A DNA stretch of 64,000 bases from an uncultured virus (IMG/VR IMGVR_UViG_3300035181_000699) (IMGVR_UViG_3300035181_000699), one strand, 5' to 3'; counted from the stretch's first letter, positions 7,425 through 17,706 are shown. The notes: generated by a model from the sequence alone, not told the origin. Program-made: numbers and translations.

Positions 7425-8804
7425 ATGCAGATAAAGATTCCTTTTACTAATACTTCCATTAAGATACTCAACTCAACCCCCATTAGGGAACCACAGGAGC
7501 AACGCCATATCAGTGTAGCTGAGGTCTCTAACACCTATAGAACGCTTGAGAACTACTCAGACGTAGAACTCAGGCACTCTTGGTGTCTGGCTTGTGTTAG
7601 AGCTATAGCTACTGCCGTTTCGACTGTCCCCTTGATGGTACAAAAGAAAAAGAAAGATGGTTGGGAAAGAGTAGGAAGAGAAAAGTGGGAAGTAGCTGCC
7701 CTCGAAGACATCAACGGCTACCAGAGCCAACAGGACTTGCTTGAAGCTACAGCTTCCTTTTTAGGTTTGCAAGGGGAATACTTTTGGGAAAAGACCAGAA
7801 ATAAGGCTGGCAAGCTGACGAAGTTGTATGGCATGAACCCTGTTTATGTGCGTGTACAACCTGGTGGGGAATACATCTCTCAATATGTGTTTGACCTGCC
7901 AGGCCAAAAGCCAGTTGCTTTTGACCCCCAAGATGTTATATTCTTCAAGTTTTTCAATCCTGTCAACGACTACAGAGGCATGTCTCCGCTGTCAGCCGCC
8001 AGAGAAGGAGTTTTGTCAGACCTCTATGCTCAGCAATACAACAAAAACTTCTTTAAGAACAATGCTACCCCGCGTGGTGTGCTTGAGACAGATAAAGGTC
8101 TTAGCAACAGAGCATTGAAACGCATCAAGGACTTATGGCAAACTGTGTACGGTGGCATAGAAAACTCGCATAAGACCGCAGTGCTTGAAGAAGGCTTGAA
8201 ATATAAGGCCCTTAGCATCAGCCCCAAAGACATGGAGTTCCTCAAGCTACGGGAGTTCAGCAGAGAAGAAATACTTGCTGTCTTTGGAGTGTACCCTGTT
8301 GTCCTTGGGCTGTTAAAGGACGCAAGCCTGGCCAATGCAATGGCTCAGATGACTTTGTTCTATCAAAGTACTGTGTCGTTGTATTTGAATAAGATACAGT
8401 CTCAGTTGACTTACCACATGCAATTGGAAATGAAAGACCCCACTATCAGAGTGATATTTGACCTAACTCAAGTGCCAGCACTGCGCCCATCAGTGGGTGA
8501 TGTGTTGGCCTGGGCAACTCCTGCGGTCAACTCTGGTATTATGCTCATCAATGAGGTCAGGGACATTTTGGGCCTCAAGCATGTTGCTTGGGGAGACACT
8601 TGGTATGCCAACTCAGCTATGATTCCTATGGCTGATGAAAATGGGCCAATCGGCCCCGCAGCAGGAGAACCATCATACGCAGCAGGGTTTGAGCAGGCTC
8701 TAGCAAACAGGAAGAGAATTATGGAGTCTACAAACTCTGACATATCTGCTCTCTCAAAGGCTAACGCCGAACTGTTGAGGAAAATAAGTGGCTCAGTACA
8801 GTAG
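7425..8804 (+). CDS. Portal protein (HK97 family)
   Basis: GMSPL, FFKNNATPRGVL, VLEEGLKY, INEVR motifs. Confidence 0.93.
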   Translation: MQIKIPFTNTSIKILNSTPIREPQEQRHISVAEVSNTYRTLENYSDVELRHSWCLACVRAIATAVSTVPLMVQKKKKDGWERVGREKWEVAALEDINGYQSQQDLLEATASFLGLQGEYFWEKTRNKAGKLTKLYGMNPVYVRVQPGGEYISQYVFDLPGQKPVAFDPQDVIFFKFFNPVNDYRGMSPLSAAREGVLSDLYAQQYNKNFFKNNATPRGVLETDKGLSNRALKRIKDLWQTVYGGIENSHKTAVLEEGLKYKALSISPKDMEFLKLREFSREEILAVFGVYPVVLGLLKDASLANAMAQMTLFYQSTVSLYLNKIQSQLTYHMQLEMKDPTIRVIFDLTQVPALRPSVGDVLAWATPAVNSGIMLINEVRDILGLKHVAWGDTWYANSAMIPMADENGPIGPAAGEPSYAAGFEQALANRKRIMESTNSDISALSKANAELLRKISGSVQ

Positions 8805-9792
8805 CCTTCTGGTTGAAGGCATATTACAACTGGGCATACAAGCAGTTGTATCAAAAACCAGGCCCAAGTACAGCAGAGAATTAACTCTGCGCTTGTGGCG
8901 TTTGCAGTCTTCTAGGCGAGCACCAATAGAGGAACTACAATTCAAGTTCTGGAAATTGTACAACCAACACTATGCTGCCCTTATGCAAAAAGCTCTCCTA
9001 GACCAAGTCCCTGAAGAGCTACTCCTGTCTAACCCTGGGAACGTCTACAGCCTACTCATGATGGCCCAGGCAAAGCACAGAGAGCAATCTGTGGGACTGA
9101 TAGCTGATGGCTTTAGAGAAGCTGCAAAGAAGGCAATACCTATAAAGGTCAATGAGATAGCTGCTCTAGTTGAGGCTATCAGACACTTTTGGGACTCTAG
9201 GAAATCTTCTGAGCCTAATTCTCCACCTCCTCCTGTAGACCCTCAAGAATTAACTGCTGAAGTATATGCTTTGATGGAGGAAAGTTACTTTGACAACCAT
9301 AGTCTGTTGGTTGCTAATATAGAATCTGACGTTCTAGCAGACCGGCTAAGGGCAATCATAACTTCTGCGGTATCGAGAGGGGCTACTGCCAGAGAACTGG
9401 CTGACGATATTGAAAAAGGGATTGGAGGTCCTAACTACTCTGGGTGGCGGGCACTCAGGGTTGCTAGAACAGAAGTTAATGCTATGATGAACAGAATCAA
9501 CCTTGATGCTATGAGCCGAACTGGTGTTGTATCTTCTAAAATATGGCTGGCTATGGCAGATAACGCTGTCAGAGATACACACAGGGCAGCAGACGGGCAA
9601 GAAGTACCTATCAACCAACCCTTCGTAGTAGGCGGTATGCCTATGATGTGCCCAGGAGACCCCGCAGGTGGCCCAAAAGAAGTCGTCAACTGTAGGTGTT
9701 CTATGCTACCCGTCATCAATCCGGCATACATACCAGCTGATGTAGACTACGAAACTCTACTTTCTGATATTTCTGGTAGCCTAGGACAATAA
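8788..9792 (+). CDS. Minor head/morphogenesis protein (SPP1 gp7 / Mu gpF-like)
   Basis: RVARTE, KIW, VRDTH, PGDP and NCRC motifs. Confidence 0.88.
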   Translation: MAQYSSLLVEGILQLGIQAVVSKTRPKYSRELTLRLWRLQSSRRAPIEELQFKFWKLYNQHYAALMQKALLDQVPEELLLSNPGNVYSLLMMAQAKHREQSVGLIADGFREAAKKAIPIKVNEIAALVEAIRHFWDSRKSSEPNSPPPPVDPQELTAEVYALMEESYFDNHSLLVANIESDVLADRLRAIITSAVSRGATARELADDIEKGIGGPNYSGWRALRVARTEVNAMMNRINLDAMSRTGVVSSKIWLAMADNAVRDTHRAADGQEVPINQPFVVGGMPMMCPGDPAGGPKEVVNCRCSMLPVINPAYIPADVDYETLLSDISGSLGQ

Positions 9793-9853
9793 GAACAATG
9801 GATGCTAATTCCCTATTCTTAGCAATGAAGGGCAGAACTTAGGAGGCCTAGAT

Positions 9854-11236
9854 ATGTTCAAACATTTTCATTGCCACGCCGAAATAAAATCTGTCCCAGA
9901 GGCCAGCGCTGACGGGATTAGGCGTATTAAGGGCTATGCCTCTACTAAAGACCTGGACAGGGTGAAAGACGTTGTGTTGCCTTCGGCGTTCAGGGAAACC
10001 ATTGATACCTTCATGAAGAACCCAATTGTTTTCTTTAACCACAATTGGAATGAAGGCATCGCCAAAGTTACCAACCTTTCTATAGATGAAAATGGGCTGT
10101 GGGTTGAGTGTGAATGGCCAGCTAAAGGCACCTCTCAATTGGCTGACCAAGTTTGGAGCATGATTGAGCAGGGTATCTACAGGGCCTTTTCGTTTGGGTT
10201 CAAGATACTTGCTGACCAAGATGTATCTAAAGACCCAAGTACTCCAGCTGACCGAATCATAACTAAGCTCGACTTGCTTGAGGTCTCAGTTGTAACTGTC
10301 CCAGCAAATGCTAATGCTACATTCTCTCTAGCTAAGGGCCTGGCTTGGGGCACCGATGTGTTTCCTTCTTCACAGATGGAACAGTTGGTAGCATCCGCTC
10401 AAGAAATACAGACTAAGCTGGGAGCTTCTATTGCTGCCTTGAAGGGGAGCACTCCTGAACCAACTAATGCTCCTTCTCAATCTACTGAGATGGAGATAAA
10501 GGGCACTCCTAAGTTTGCTGATTTCCCACTAGCTGATGAGGGCATGCCTTGGGACAAGAGCAAGGCTATGCGTCAGATAAGGGAATGGGCCAGTTCTGAT
10601 GGCACAGGAACGCCTAGCACTATAGACTGGAACAAATTTTCCCAGTGTTTCTTTTGGCACGATGACGCTAACACTGATAAAATCACTGGGTATAAGTTGC
10701 CCTTCTGTTTTATAGTCAATGGGCGCCCAGTTGCTGTTCCTAGAGGCATATTTGCCGCTGCAGCTGCTACTAGGGGCGCACGAGGAGGAGTAAGTCTTCC
10801 TCCAGCGGATATCAAGGCTGTTCACGCACACATAGAAAAGTATTACAAGAAGATGGGCAGACCATCGCCATACGAGGAAAGGTCATTCGATATTGATGTG
10901 GAGGAATTCCTCCAAGAAGTGCCTGACGAGAAGAAGTGGAATGCGCAATGGCACCTGCTAGTCAATCACCTTCTTGGGTTGAAGTCAACTCTTGACACCG
11001 TGGACGCGCAGTATCAAGAGTTGAAAACCGAGATAGAGTCAGCTTTAGCTATGAACGAAACACCAAACACAGAATCTCCTGCCCAACCGGATGGTGGGAA
11101 AGGAGCAGTAACTGAAGAACCAAAGGCTGTAATTCCTGCTGTCAAACTAGCTGATGAAGCACTGAAGAATAATCTGAGCCCAATACTCGCTGGGCTCCAG
11201 GACATCGTTCAACTCCTTTCCAAAAAGCCCAACTAA
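9854..11236 (+). CDS. Prohead protease (HK97-type) with additional C-terminal domains
   Basis: GYAST, DRVKD, FFNH, FSFGF and LLEVSVVTVPAN motifs. Confidence 0.92.
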   Translation: MFKHFHCHAEIKSVPEASADGIRRIKGYASTKDLDRVKDVVLPSAFRETIDTFMKNPIVFFNHNWNEGIAKVTNLSIDENGLWVECEWPAKGTSQLADQVWSMIEQGIYRAFSFGFKILADQDVSKDPSTPADRIITKLDLLEVSVVTVPANANATFSLAKGLAWGTDVFPSSQMEQLVASAQEIQTKLGASIAALKGSTPEPTNAPSQSTEMEIKGTPKFADFPLADEGMPWDKSKAMRQIREWASSDGTGTPSTIDWNKFSQCFFWHDDANTDKITGYKLPFCFIVNGRPVAVPRGIFAAAAATRGARGGVSLPPADIKAVHAHIEKYYKKMGRPSPYEERSFDIDVEEFLQEVPDEKKWNAQWHLLVNHLLGLKSTLDTVDAQYQELKTEIESALAMNETPNTESPAQPDGGKGAVTEEPKAVIPAVKLADEALKNNLSPILAGLQDIVQLLSKKPN

Positions 11237-11248
11237 CGGAGGCAGGCT

Positions 11249-12598
11249 ATGGATAACGTGGATGTCAAGAAAACTGAAGTGAAACCCCCGGAAATCGCTG
11301 CTACTGACGACCCTATGCAGAAAATGGCCCAGGCTATTTCTGCAATCAAAGAGCAGTTGGCGGCTGGCGTTCCTCATGAACAGATCGCTGGTATCGTAAG
11401 AGACCAGTTGAAGCTGTTGGAAGCTGATAGGCGTTCCAAGGCTGTTCCGGAAGATAACGTGGATGGCAAAGCCATCAAGTCTCTCGATGAAGTTATCGAG
11501 AAGGCTACTAAAGACCCAGACCTCATTAACCTCCAGGAGAAGTCTGATGAGGTCTACATCATGTCCAAGTACCTCCACACTCACCCCAAGAACCTTAAGA
11601 GCTATTCTGAACTGCAGCAGGCTGTGAAGGCAGTTCAGGCAGGCGGTTCGGCAGGGACTGGGGTAGAGTGGATACCTACTGGCTTTTCTGCCAGGCTGTG
11701 GGAAAAGGTTAGGTTGGAGCTGAAGGTAGGAAGCCTCTTTGAGGAAATTCCTATGCCAGCCAACCCCTTTAAGTGCCCAGTTCTGCTTGGGGATATGACG
11801 GCTTACTTGGTCCCTGAGAGCGCCAGCGACGAAGTGGTCACCACCGCCACCATTCCTCCGTCTCAGCCTCTTTCTGCTAACATCACGCTGACAGCAAAGA
11901 AGATTGCTGCCCGCGTCCGCGTGAGCGACGAAGCAACTGAGGACTCGCTGATTCCTATGATGACTGTCCTCAAAGACAACATTGCCAAGGCTGTTGGCTA
12001 CGGCATTGAGACCGCACTCATCAACGGGGACACCGCGACTACTCACATGGATGCTGATGTGACCAACGCGAAGGATGCGCGTAAGTCCTGGGATGGCCTG
12101 CGCAAACTGAGCCCTTCATCTACTGCTCGCATAGACATTTCTACCTACAATGAAGCAGCCTTGAGGAGCCTGCGCAAGGCAATGGGCGTGTACGGTGTCA
12201 ACCCGCAGAACATTGCTTGGATTATGGGCATCAGTGGGTACTTGCAGACTCTGGGCCTGCCTGGCGTCATGACCATGGAAAAGTACGGTCCAAACGCGAC
12301 CATCCTCACCGGTGAGCTCGCCAAATTTGACGGCGCGCCTATTATAGTCAGTGAGGCTATTCGTCAGGACCTCAATGCTACTGGCGTGTATGATGGCACC
12401 ACTAAGACCAAAACCATCATTCTCTGCGTCCATCGTAGCGCGTTCCTGCGTGGCCTGCGAAGAGGGTTCACTATTCAGCAGGGCCAGGACATTGAGAATG
12501 GCCAGGGCATCCTCGTAGCGAGCGTGAGGGTGGCTTTCAATAACGTCTATGCTACTACTGCTAACGCCGTTGCTACTGGCTTCAACCTGACAGCGTAG
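11249..12598 (+). CDS. Major capsid protein (HK97 fold)
   Basis: Follows the protease; helical N-terminal region, WIPT, ITLTAKK, ALINGD. Confidence 0.9.
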   Translation: MDNVDVKKTEVKPPEIAATDDPMQKMAQAISAIKEQLAAGVPHEQIAGIVRDQLKLLEADRRSKAVPEDNVDGKAIKSLDEVIEKATKDPDLINLQEKSDEVYIMSKYLHTHPKNLKSYSELQQAVKAVQAGGSAGTGVEWIPTGFSARLWEKVRLELKVGSLFEEIPMPANPFKCPVLLGDMTAYLVPESASDEVVTTATIPPSQPLSANITLTAKKIAARVRVSDEATEDSLIPMMTVLKDNIAKAVGYGIETALINGDTATTHMDADVTNAKDARKSWDGLRKLSPSSTARIDISTYNEAALRSLRKAMGVYGVNPQNIAWIMGISGYLQTLGLPGVMTMEKYGPNATILTGELAKFDGAPIIVSEAIRQDLNATGVYDGTTKTKTIILCVHRSAFLRGLRRGFTIQQGQDIENGQGILVASVRVAFNNVYATTANAVATGFNLTA

Positions 12599-12660
12599 GT
12601 GGTTATGGCTTGATAGTGGTTGGCCAGGGGATAGCCGCTCGGGTAAAATGTCCTCGCCCA

Positions 12661-12690
12661 AGGGAGGAGCGCCACGGTGGGCTCCTCCCT
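12661..12690 (+). terminator. Strong hairpin downstream of the capsid gene
   Basis: AGGGAGGAGC/GCTCCTCCCT 10-bp stem plus inner CCAC/GTGG; no clear U-tract. Confidence 0.45.
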
Positions 12691-12712
12691 ACTTACAAGT
12701 AGGAGAGATACA

Positions 12713-12979
12713 ATGAACGAACCGACTGTTAAAGTAACATATCTGGGCAAGTTGACAGGCAATGCTTACCGCCACACAGAGTATTCTCTCGAAGCTGGTG
12801 AGGAGTATGAAATGCCGGCGTCTGAAGGTCAGAGACTGCTTAAAGACTTTGGGCCTGACCACTTTACAGTAGTTGGCCTTTCAACGTCCTCAGTAGACCC
12901 AGAGAATGCTTCTGAGGGTAAGCCAGAAGTGTCTAAGCCGCAGCCCAAAGCGTCTCCACAGACAAAAAATAAGAAATAA
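12713..12979 (+). CDS. Small head-associated hypothetical protein
   Basis: AGGAG RBS; typical position after the capsid gene. Confidence 0.65.
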   Translation: MNEPTVKVTYLGKLTGNAYRHTEYSLEAGEEYEMPASEGQRLLKDFGPDHFTVVGLSTSSVDPENASEGKPEVSKPQPKASPQTKNKK

Positions 12980-13066
12980 GTTATTCCTGTGGAGATAGCT
13001 GACTGAGGTTAGACGTGGGTAGTCGCTCAGGTAGAATGTCTGGATGCTGCTGGTATGGAGGCAGTT

Positions 13067-15331
13067 GTGAGAAAGCTCTTATGGTTGTTAGCCGCACTAA
13101 CTATCTCCATAGCTGTATTCCCTCAGTCAGGGAGCACTTGGACCCCACAAGCTCTCAGCCCAGCTAATACAGGCATAGTACCCCTCTCAGGGTACTTTGG
13201 GATGCCTAGGTTCACCACTGACAACCTTCCTACCCCCAAGGTACCAGGGGTACTGGTTTGGAATACTACAGCCTCGGACTGGCAATACTGGACTGGGAGC
13301 GCCTGGTTAAGCCTGTCTCACTTTACAGAGTCTGACCCAGTATTTAGCGCATGGCTGCAGAATACGCCCCCAATCACCGGCCACACAGACTCTACCTTGA
13401 CGCAGAGTGGAACGACGTTGGGCCTGAATCTGGCGAATGTGAATCTCTGGAGCGGACTGCAAAGTTTCACCGCCGGCATTGACGCGACGTGGCCTCGAAG
13501 CGGAGATTATGCGGGCTGGATGCTATACTATCAGCCGAACAAGTCAAATCCTTCTTACTCTAGCCTCAATTTCGACTGGATTCCTGGTGGGCACACGCAA
13601 AGCAGCCAGACGCAGACGAACGTGCTTAAGCTCACCGGCGTAGAGATTGATACGACAGTCCCTATTGTGTATTTCCGTGGCACGGACTCCTACCCGTTCC
13701 TAACCTCGTTAGACGCAGCAGATTTCATGCCAGCTGTTGACCCAGGCACTCCAGGCAACGTTATGACCTCGGATGGCTCAAACTGGACCAGCGCGACTCC
13801 CAGCGTGGCGTGGGGCAATGTCACTGGGGCGCTCTCGAATCAAGCCGACCTTGCTACGGCTTTGGCCGCGAAGGAACCCAGCATTGCGTCTGGGACAGTG
13901 TCTCAATACTGGCGCGGTGACAAGACCTGGCAGCCGATTAACTGGTTAACATCCGAGAGCGACACGCTGGCTTCTGTCACTGCGCGAGGCGCCACGACTA
14001 GCGTCGCGTCCAGTTTCACGGGCGGCCTTTCCGCATCAACTGTCTCTGCTGGCAGCCTCAACGTTCAGACGCCCACGACCAGCACGGTCGGCGCAATTAT
14101 CAAAGGCTCCTCCAGTCAGACAGCTGACCTTTTACAGATGCAGGATAGCACTGGCGCGGTAAGGGCAAAGTTTGACAACAACGCTAATTTGACTCTAGGT
14201 ACGGCCTCATCTATCGGCGCGCTAACTTTTACGGGCACTGGCCTAAATGATGCTACGCTAGGCGGCGCCTACTCAGGCGCTTTCAACCAGACCCTTCGCA
14301 TCAAAATCACTACTACTGGTACTCCTGACAAGTTTGACTGGAGTATAGACGGTGGTTCTACATGGGCGGCCACGGGCGTCAGTATTACTTCTGGCCCAAT
14401 AGCCCTAAACAATACTGGCGTAACGGTAACGTTCGGCGCTACCACAGGACACACTCTCGGAGACTACTGGCAAGCAACATTGAACGCGCCAGTAGGGTTT
14501 AGCAGCGTCACTAACAGCATAAACATTGGTAGAAACCCAGTACTCAGGGCGTTTGGGGCTAGCAACACGGCTATTGGTATAGGGGCAATGAGTGCTGGCA
14601 AGAATACAGGTAGCTACAACACCGCCAGTGGTTCGTTTGCCCTCCAATACAACACCACGGGTAGCTACAACTTCGCCAATGGTATGAGCGCCCTCACTTC
14701 TAACACCACTGGCAGCTACAACGTCGCCAATGGCGCTGTTGCCCTCGCCTCTAACACCACAGGTAGCTACAACACTGCCAATGGTTCGTTTGTCCTCTAT
14801 GACTTAGGCACCATCCAACCAGCAGGTAGTTTCCATGTTGGTACAAGTTATACCATTAAGACCGTAGGTACTACAGACTTCACCCTCATCGGTGCATCCT
14901 CTAACACAGTGGGCGTAGTGTTCACAGCAACGGACGTAGGCTCAGGCACAGGGACAGCAACGCCCAACAACACGAATAACAACACTGCCGAGGGCTATAA
15001 CACAGGCAGGGGAATTATCTACGGAACAGGGAACACAATCCTCGGCGCAAACGTAACGGGGCTTGATGCGGGGCTGACCAATAATATCATCCTTGCTAAC
15101 GGTACAGGTGCAATCAAGGCACAGCATGACGGTAGCAACTGGACGCTCACGGGCAACGTGACTGCGACAGGCAGCGTGACCGCCACGCAGTACCACCTCT
15201 CCGCGCTCAACACCGCTCCGGCCAGCGCAACGGATACAGGAACGACAGGTGAAATCCGCGTGACATCCGATTATATCTACGTTTGTGTGGCAACAAATAC
15301 CTGGGTGCGTGCCGCTCTGGCGACGTGGTAA
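13067..15331 (+). CDS. Fibre/adhesin-like protein with signal-peptide-like N-terminus and YadA-head-like 14-aa repeats
   Basis: GGAGG before GTG; Gly/Thr/Ser-rich; repeats NTTGSYNxAxG. Confidence 0.75.
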   Translation: MRKLLWLLAALTISIAVFPQSGSTWTPQALSPANTGIVPLSGYFGMPRFTTDNLPTPKVPGVLVWNTTASDWQYWTGSAWLSLSHFTESDPVFSAWLQNTPPITGHTDSTLTQSGTTLGLNLANVNLWSGLQSFTAGIDATWPRSGDYAGWMLYYQPNKSNPSYSSLNFDWIPGGHTQSSQTQTNVLKLTGVEIDTTVPIVYFRGTDSYPFLTSLDAADFMPAVDPGTPGNVMTSDGSNWTSATPSVAWGNVTGALSNQADLATALAAKEPSIASGTVSQYWRGDKTWQPINWLTSESDTLASVTARGATTSVASSFTGGLSASTVSAGSLNVQTPTTSTVGAIIKGSSSQTADLLQMQDSTGAVRAKFDNNANLTLGTASSIGALTFTGTGLNDATLGGAYSGAFNQTLRIKITTTGTPDKFDWSIDGGSTWAATGVSITSGPIALNNTGVTVTFGATTGHTLGDYWQATLNAPVGFSSVTNSINIGRNPVLRAFGASNTAIGIGAMSAGKNTGSYNTASGSFALQYNTTGSYNFANGMSALTSNTTGSYNVANGAVALASNTTGSYNTANGSFVLYDLGTIQPAGSFHVGTSYTIKTVGTTDFTLIGASSNTVGVVFTATDVGSGTGTATPNNTNNNTAEGYNTGRGIIYGTGNTILGANVTGLDAGLTNNIILANGTGAIKAQHDGSNWTLTGNVTATGSVTATQYHLSALNTAPASATDTGTTGEIRVTSDYIYVCVATNTWVRAALATW

Positions 15332-15344
15332 AAAGGAGAACGCA

Positions 15345-15659
15345 ATGGGATACGACACAACTACTGAGACCAGGAACGTGGAACGCTACATTCAGGAAAT
15401 TCAGTTACACCGTGATGGCGCTGGCTGTACGATATTCGAGGCTGTAGGTGAGTTATCTGCGCCAGGCGAGGTCAACGCGGCGGGACAGCGATTCCACAAG
15501 CCTGAATCCAACAAGCGCTACGATTTCAGCATACAGGACATGATAGCGGCTGGGCTTACGCCGCAGGCTATTCTGGCACTGGACGACCAGATGCGCGCGA
15601 TGGCCGAACAGATGGTGGCGTGGGCCAAAGCCAAGCAAGCAGAGCCGGTCACGCCATAA
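15345..15659 (+). CDS. Hypothetical protein, possible fibre chaperone
   Basis: AAGGAG RBS; directly after the fibre gene. Confidence 0.6.
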   Translation: MGYDTTTETRNVERYIQEIQLHRDGAGCTIFEAVGELSAPGEVNAAGQRFHKPESNKRYDFSIQDMIAAGLTPQAILALDDQMRAMAEQMVAWAKAKQAEPVTP

Positions 15660-15669
15660 AGGGAATGGG

Positions 15670-15903
15670 ATGGAATCCTACGCAGGCCCAGAGCGGCGAA
15701 AGGAGCCAAGAATGAAATACGTCGATGAAAACCTCTGCAAGGAGCGACACAGAGAGCCTTTCGCCTCCGAGCGTTGGGTGACCACTATTGCGGCTAAGGT
15801 GGACAGGCACGACCGTCAAATCGCCATGCTGGCCGTGTTGCAGATTCTTCTTCCATTCCTCGGCGCGCTGGCCGGGGCGTTAATAGGAGCATGGATAAAA
15901 TGA
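15670..15903 (+). CDS. Small membrane protein (holin/antiholin-like)
   Basis: C-terminal TM helix; precedes the NlpC/P60 enzyme. Confidence 0.55.
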   Translation: MESYAGPERRKEPRMKYVDENLCKERHREPFASERWVTTIAAKVDRHDRQIAMLAVLQILLPFLGALAGALIGAWIK

Positions 15904-15988
15904 CCTATCTACTCGAACGTATAGCACAGAACGAGCGCATGACCTAGGGGCGGATGCTCAAGATAGGTGGCTGATAGGGAGGTGAGAT

Positions 15989-16438
15989 GTGGAAGCTCCT
16001 TGGCTCGATTCCGCAATGAAAGAAATAGGTGTACACGAAATACCAGGGCCTGAATCAGAAGCAAGGATAGTCTGGTATGATTCATTCACCACACTGAAGG
16101 CCACAAGTGATGAGGTTCCTTGGTGCTCAGCCTTCGCGTGTGCCATGATGGAAATCAATGGCATTGAATCCCCTAGGTCTGCTGCCGCCAGGTCTTGGCT
16201 ATCTTGGGGTAAGCCCTTGGATGGACCAAAAATTGGCGCTGTAGTGGTATTCAGTAGGGGAACAATACCTACAGCTGGCCACGTAGGGTTTGTCAAGGAT
16301 ATCAATGCTGACGGGTCTCTCCAGGTACTAGGAGGGAATCAGGGCGACAAGGTCTGCATAGAGACCTTCAAGACAAGTCATGTTCTAGGATATCGTTGGC
16401 CCAAAACTATTCCTGGATTGGGAGTTAGTAACTCCTAG
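15989..16438 (+). CDS. NlpC/P60 peptidoglycan peptidase (TIGR02594-like)
   Basis: PWCSAF, AARSWLSWG, GHVGFV and LGGNQ motifs. Confidence 0.9.
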   Translation: MEAPWLDSAMKEIGVHEIPGPESEARIVWYDSFTTLKATSDEVPWCSAFACAMMEINGIESPRSAAARSWLSWGKPLDGPKIGAVVVFSRGTIPTAGHVGFVKDINADGSLQVLGGNQGDKVCIETFKTSHVLGYRWPKTIPGLGVSNS

Positions 16439-16480
16439 CTTGAGAGCAACATGGCTGAGTAAGGCCACTAGAGGGCACTA

Positions 16481-17458
16481 ATGAGCTATATCTTCAGCAT
16501 GAATTATTTGAACTCTGATGGTTCTCCTATTACAACAGCTATGGGGGCTGCAGGAACTGTCAGAGCTACAGACAGGTCTAGCGGGGAACAGTTTGATTTC
16601 TCTGACTTGACTTGGAAAGCAATAGCTACTACCAGAACTGCCCCACTGACTGAAGACCCTAACACCCCTGGAAGATTCATAGCTAGTTTTGATTATGACG
16701 GTTGGGGGGAACGCAGTGTAGAATTTGTTGGGGTAATTACTGCGCCTGGCCTATCCCCTCAAGTCACCGAAAAAGTAGAACTGTTTATGGGAGGTGCTCT
16801 CCAAGGCACCCCTTTTATTCCTCCAGTTGAAGGTCAATATGTGTCTGTAGCAGATGTCAGAGCATTTGGTATCTCTACAGACATAGTAGCTAACGACACG
16901 GATGTTGCTAGGCTTATTGCTCATGCCTGCCAACAAATAGACTTCTTTACAGGCCAATGGTTTGACAAGCGGACTAGAACTATAGAATTCAGGAACTTGG
17001 TAGGCAAAGAAGTATTTCTTCCTTTGTTGCTAGTTACATTGAATTCTATTACTTTGAATGGCACAGTAATACCTTCTGACTACATAGACACCATATACCA
17101 ACGAATCCCGGATGACCGAGAAGACCCTAGAATGTACCTGCTGATTGACTTAACTGCCAAAGACATTCTAAAGATAGATGGCGTTTGGGGGTGTGTGGAC
17201 AACGTTGATGGGGCAACTCCAGAAGCTGTTAAGAGAGCAGCGTTGCTTACTATCGCAGAACTGCTTGGTTTTGAAACATATAGCCTATTAGGCAGCGATA
17301 GCACTCTACAGCAATTCATCACCAGTGAATCTACTGATAGGCACAGGTACACTATAAGTCCTGACGCCATAAGGGCTTCTATAGGCAATGTAGCAACAGT
17401 ACTTCCTTTGTCTGCCAGAACTCTGTTAGCGCCATTTATGGCCCCACAAAGGTTATAG
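16481..17458 (+). CDS. Head-tail adaptor/connector with N-terminal extension
   Basis: YVSVADVR, IDFFTGQWF and PEAVKRAA pattern; position. Confidence 0.65.
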   Translation: MSYIFSMNYLNSDGSPITTAMGAAGTVRATDRSSGEQFDFSDLTWKAIATTRTAPLTEDPNTPGRFIASFDYDGWGERSVEFVGVITAPGLSPQVTEKVELFMGGALQGTPFIPPVEGQYVSVADVRAFGISTDIVANDTDVARLIAHACQQIDFFTGQWFDKRTRTIEFRNLVGKEVFLPLLLVTLNSITLNGTVIPSDYIDTIYQRIPDDREDPRMYLLIDLTAKDILKIDGVWGCVDNVDGATPEAVKRAALLTIAELLGFETYSLLGSDSTLQQFITSESTDRHRYTISPDAIRASIGNVATVLPLSARTLLAPFMAPQRL

Positions 17459-17467
17459 GAGGTTCTC

Positions 17468-17695
17468 ATGAAGACTTTTAGATACTTCGGTAAAGCTGGT
17501 ATAGTGGTCTTCCCTGATGGCAAGGAAAGAATGGTAGTTCCTGGAACAACTTTTTCAGGGGATGTTGCTCCTTCTGGTAGTTGGACAGAAGTCAAAGCAG
17601 CTGTTCAGGCTAGTGATAAGGCCATCAGTACTGCTCCATCAAACAAAAAGGCTAAGTCTGACAAATCCACCATTGATGATGTTGACACCAAATAG
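17468..17695 (+). CDS. Hypothetical virion-region protein
   Basis: GGAGG RBS; within the operon. Confidence 0.6.
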   Translation: MKTFRYFGKAGIVVFPDGKERMVVPGTTFSGDVAPSGSWTEVKAAVQASDKAISTAPSNKKAKSDKSTIDDVDTK

Positions 17696-17706
17696 GCCAG
17701 TAACTA

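Noticed and set aside
11147..12046. 299-aa minus-strand ORF
   Set aside because: Antisense to the major capsid gene, with no recognisable motifs
15945..15947. Stop-codon reassignment suggested by an in-frame TAG
   Set aside because: Core genes are intact under the standard code and many end in TAG, TGA or TAA
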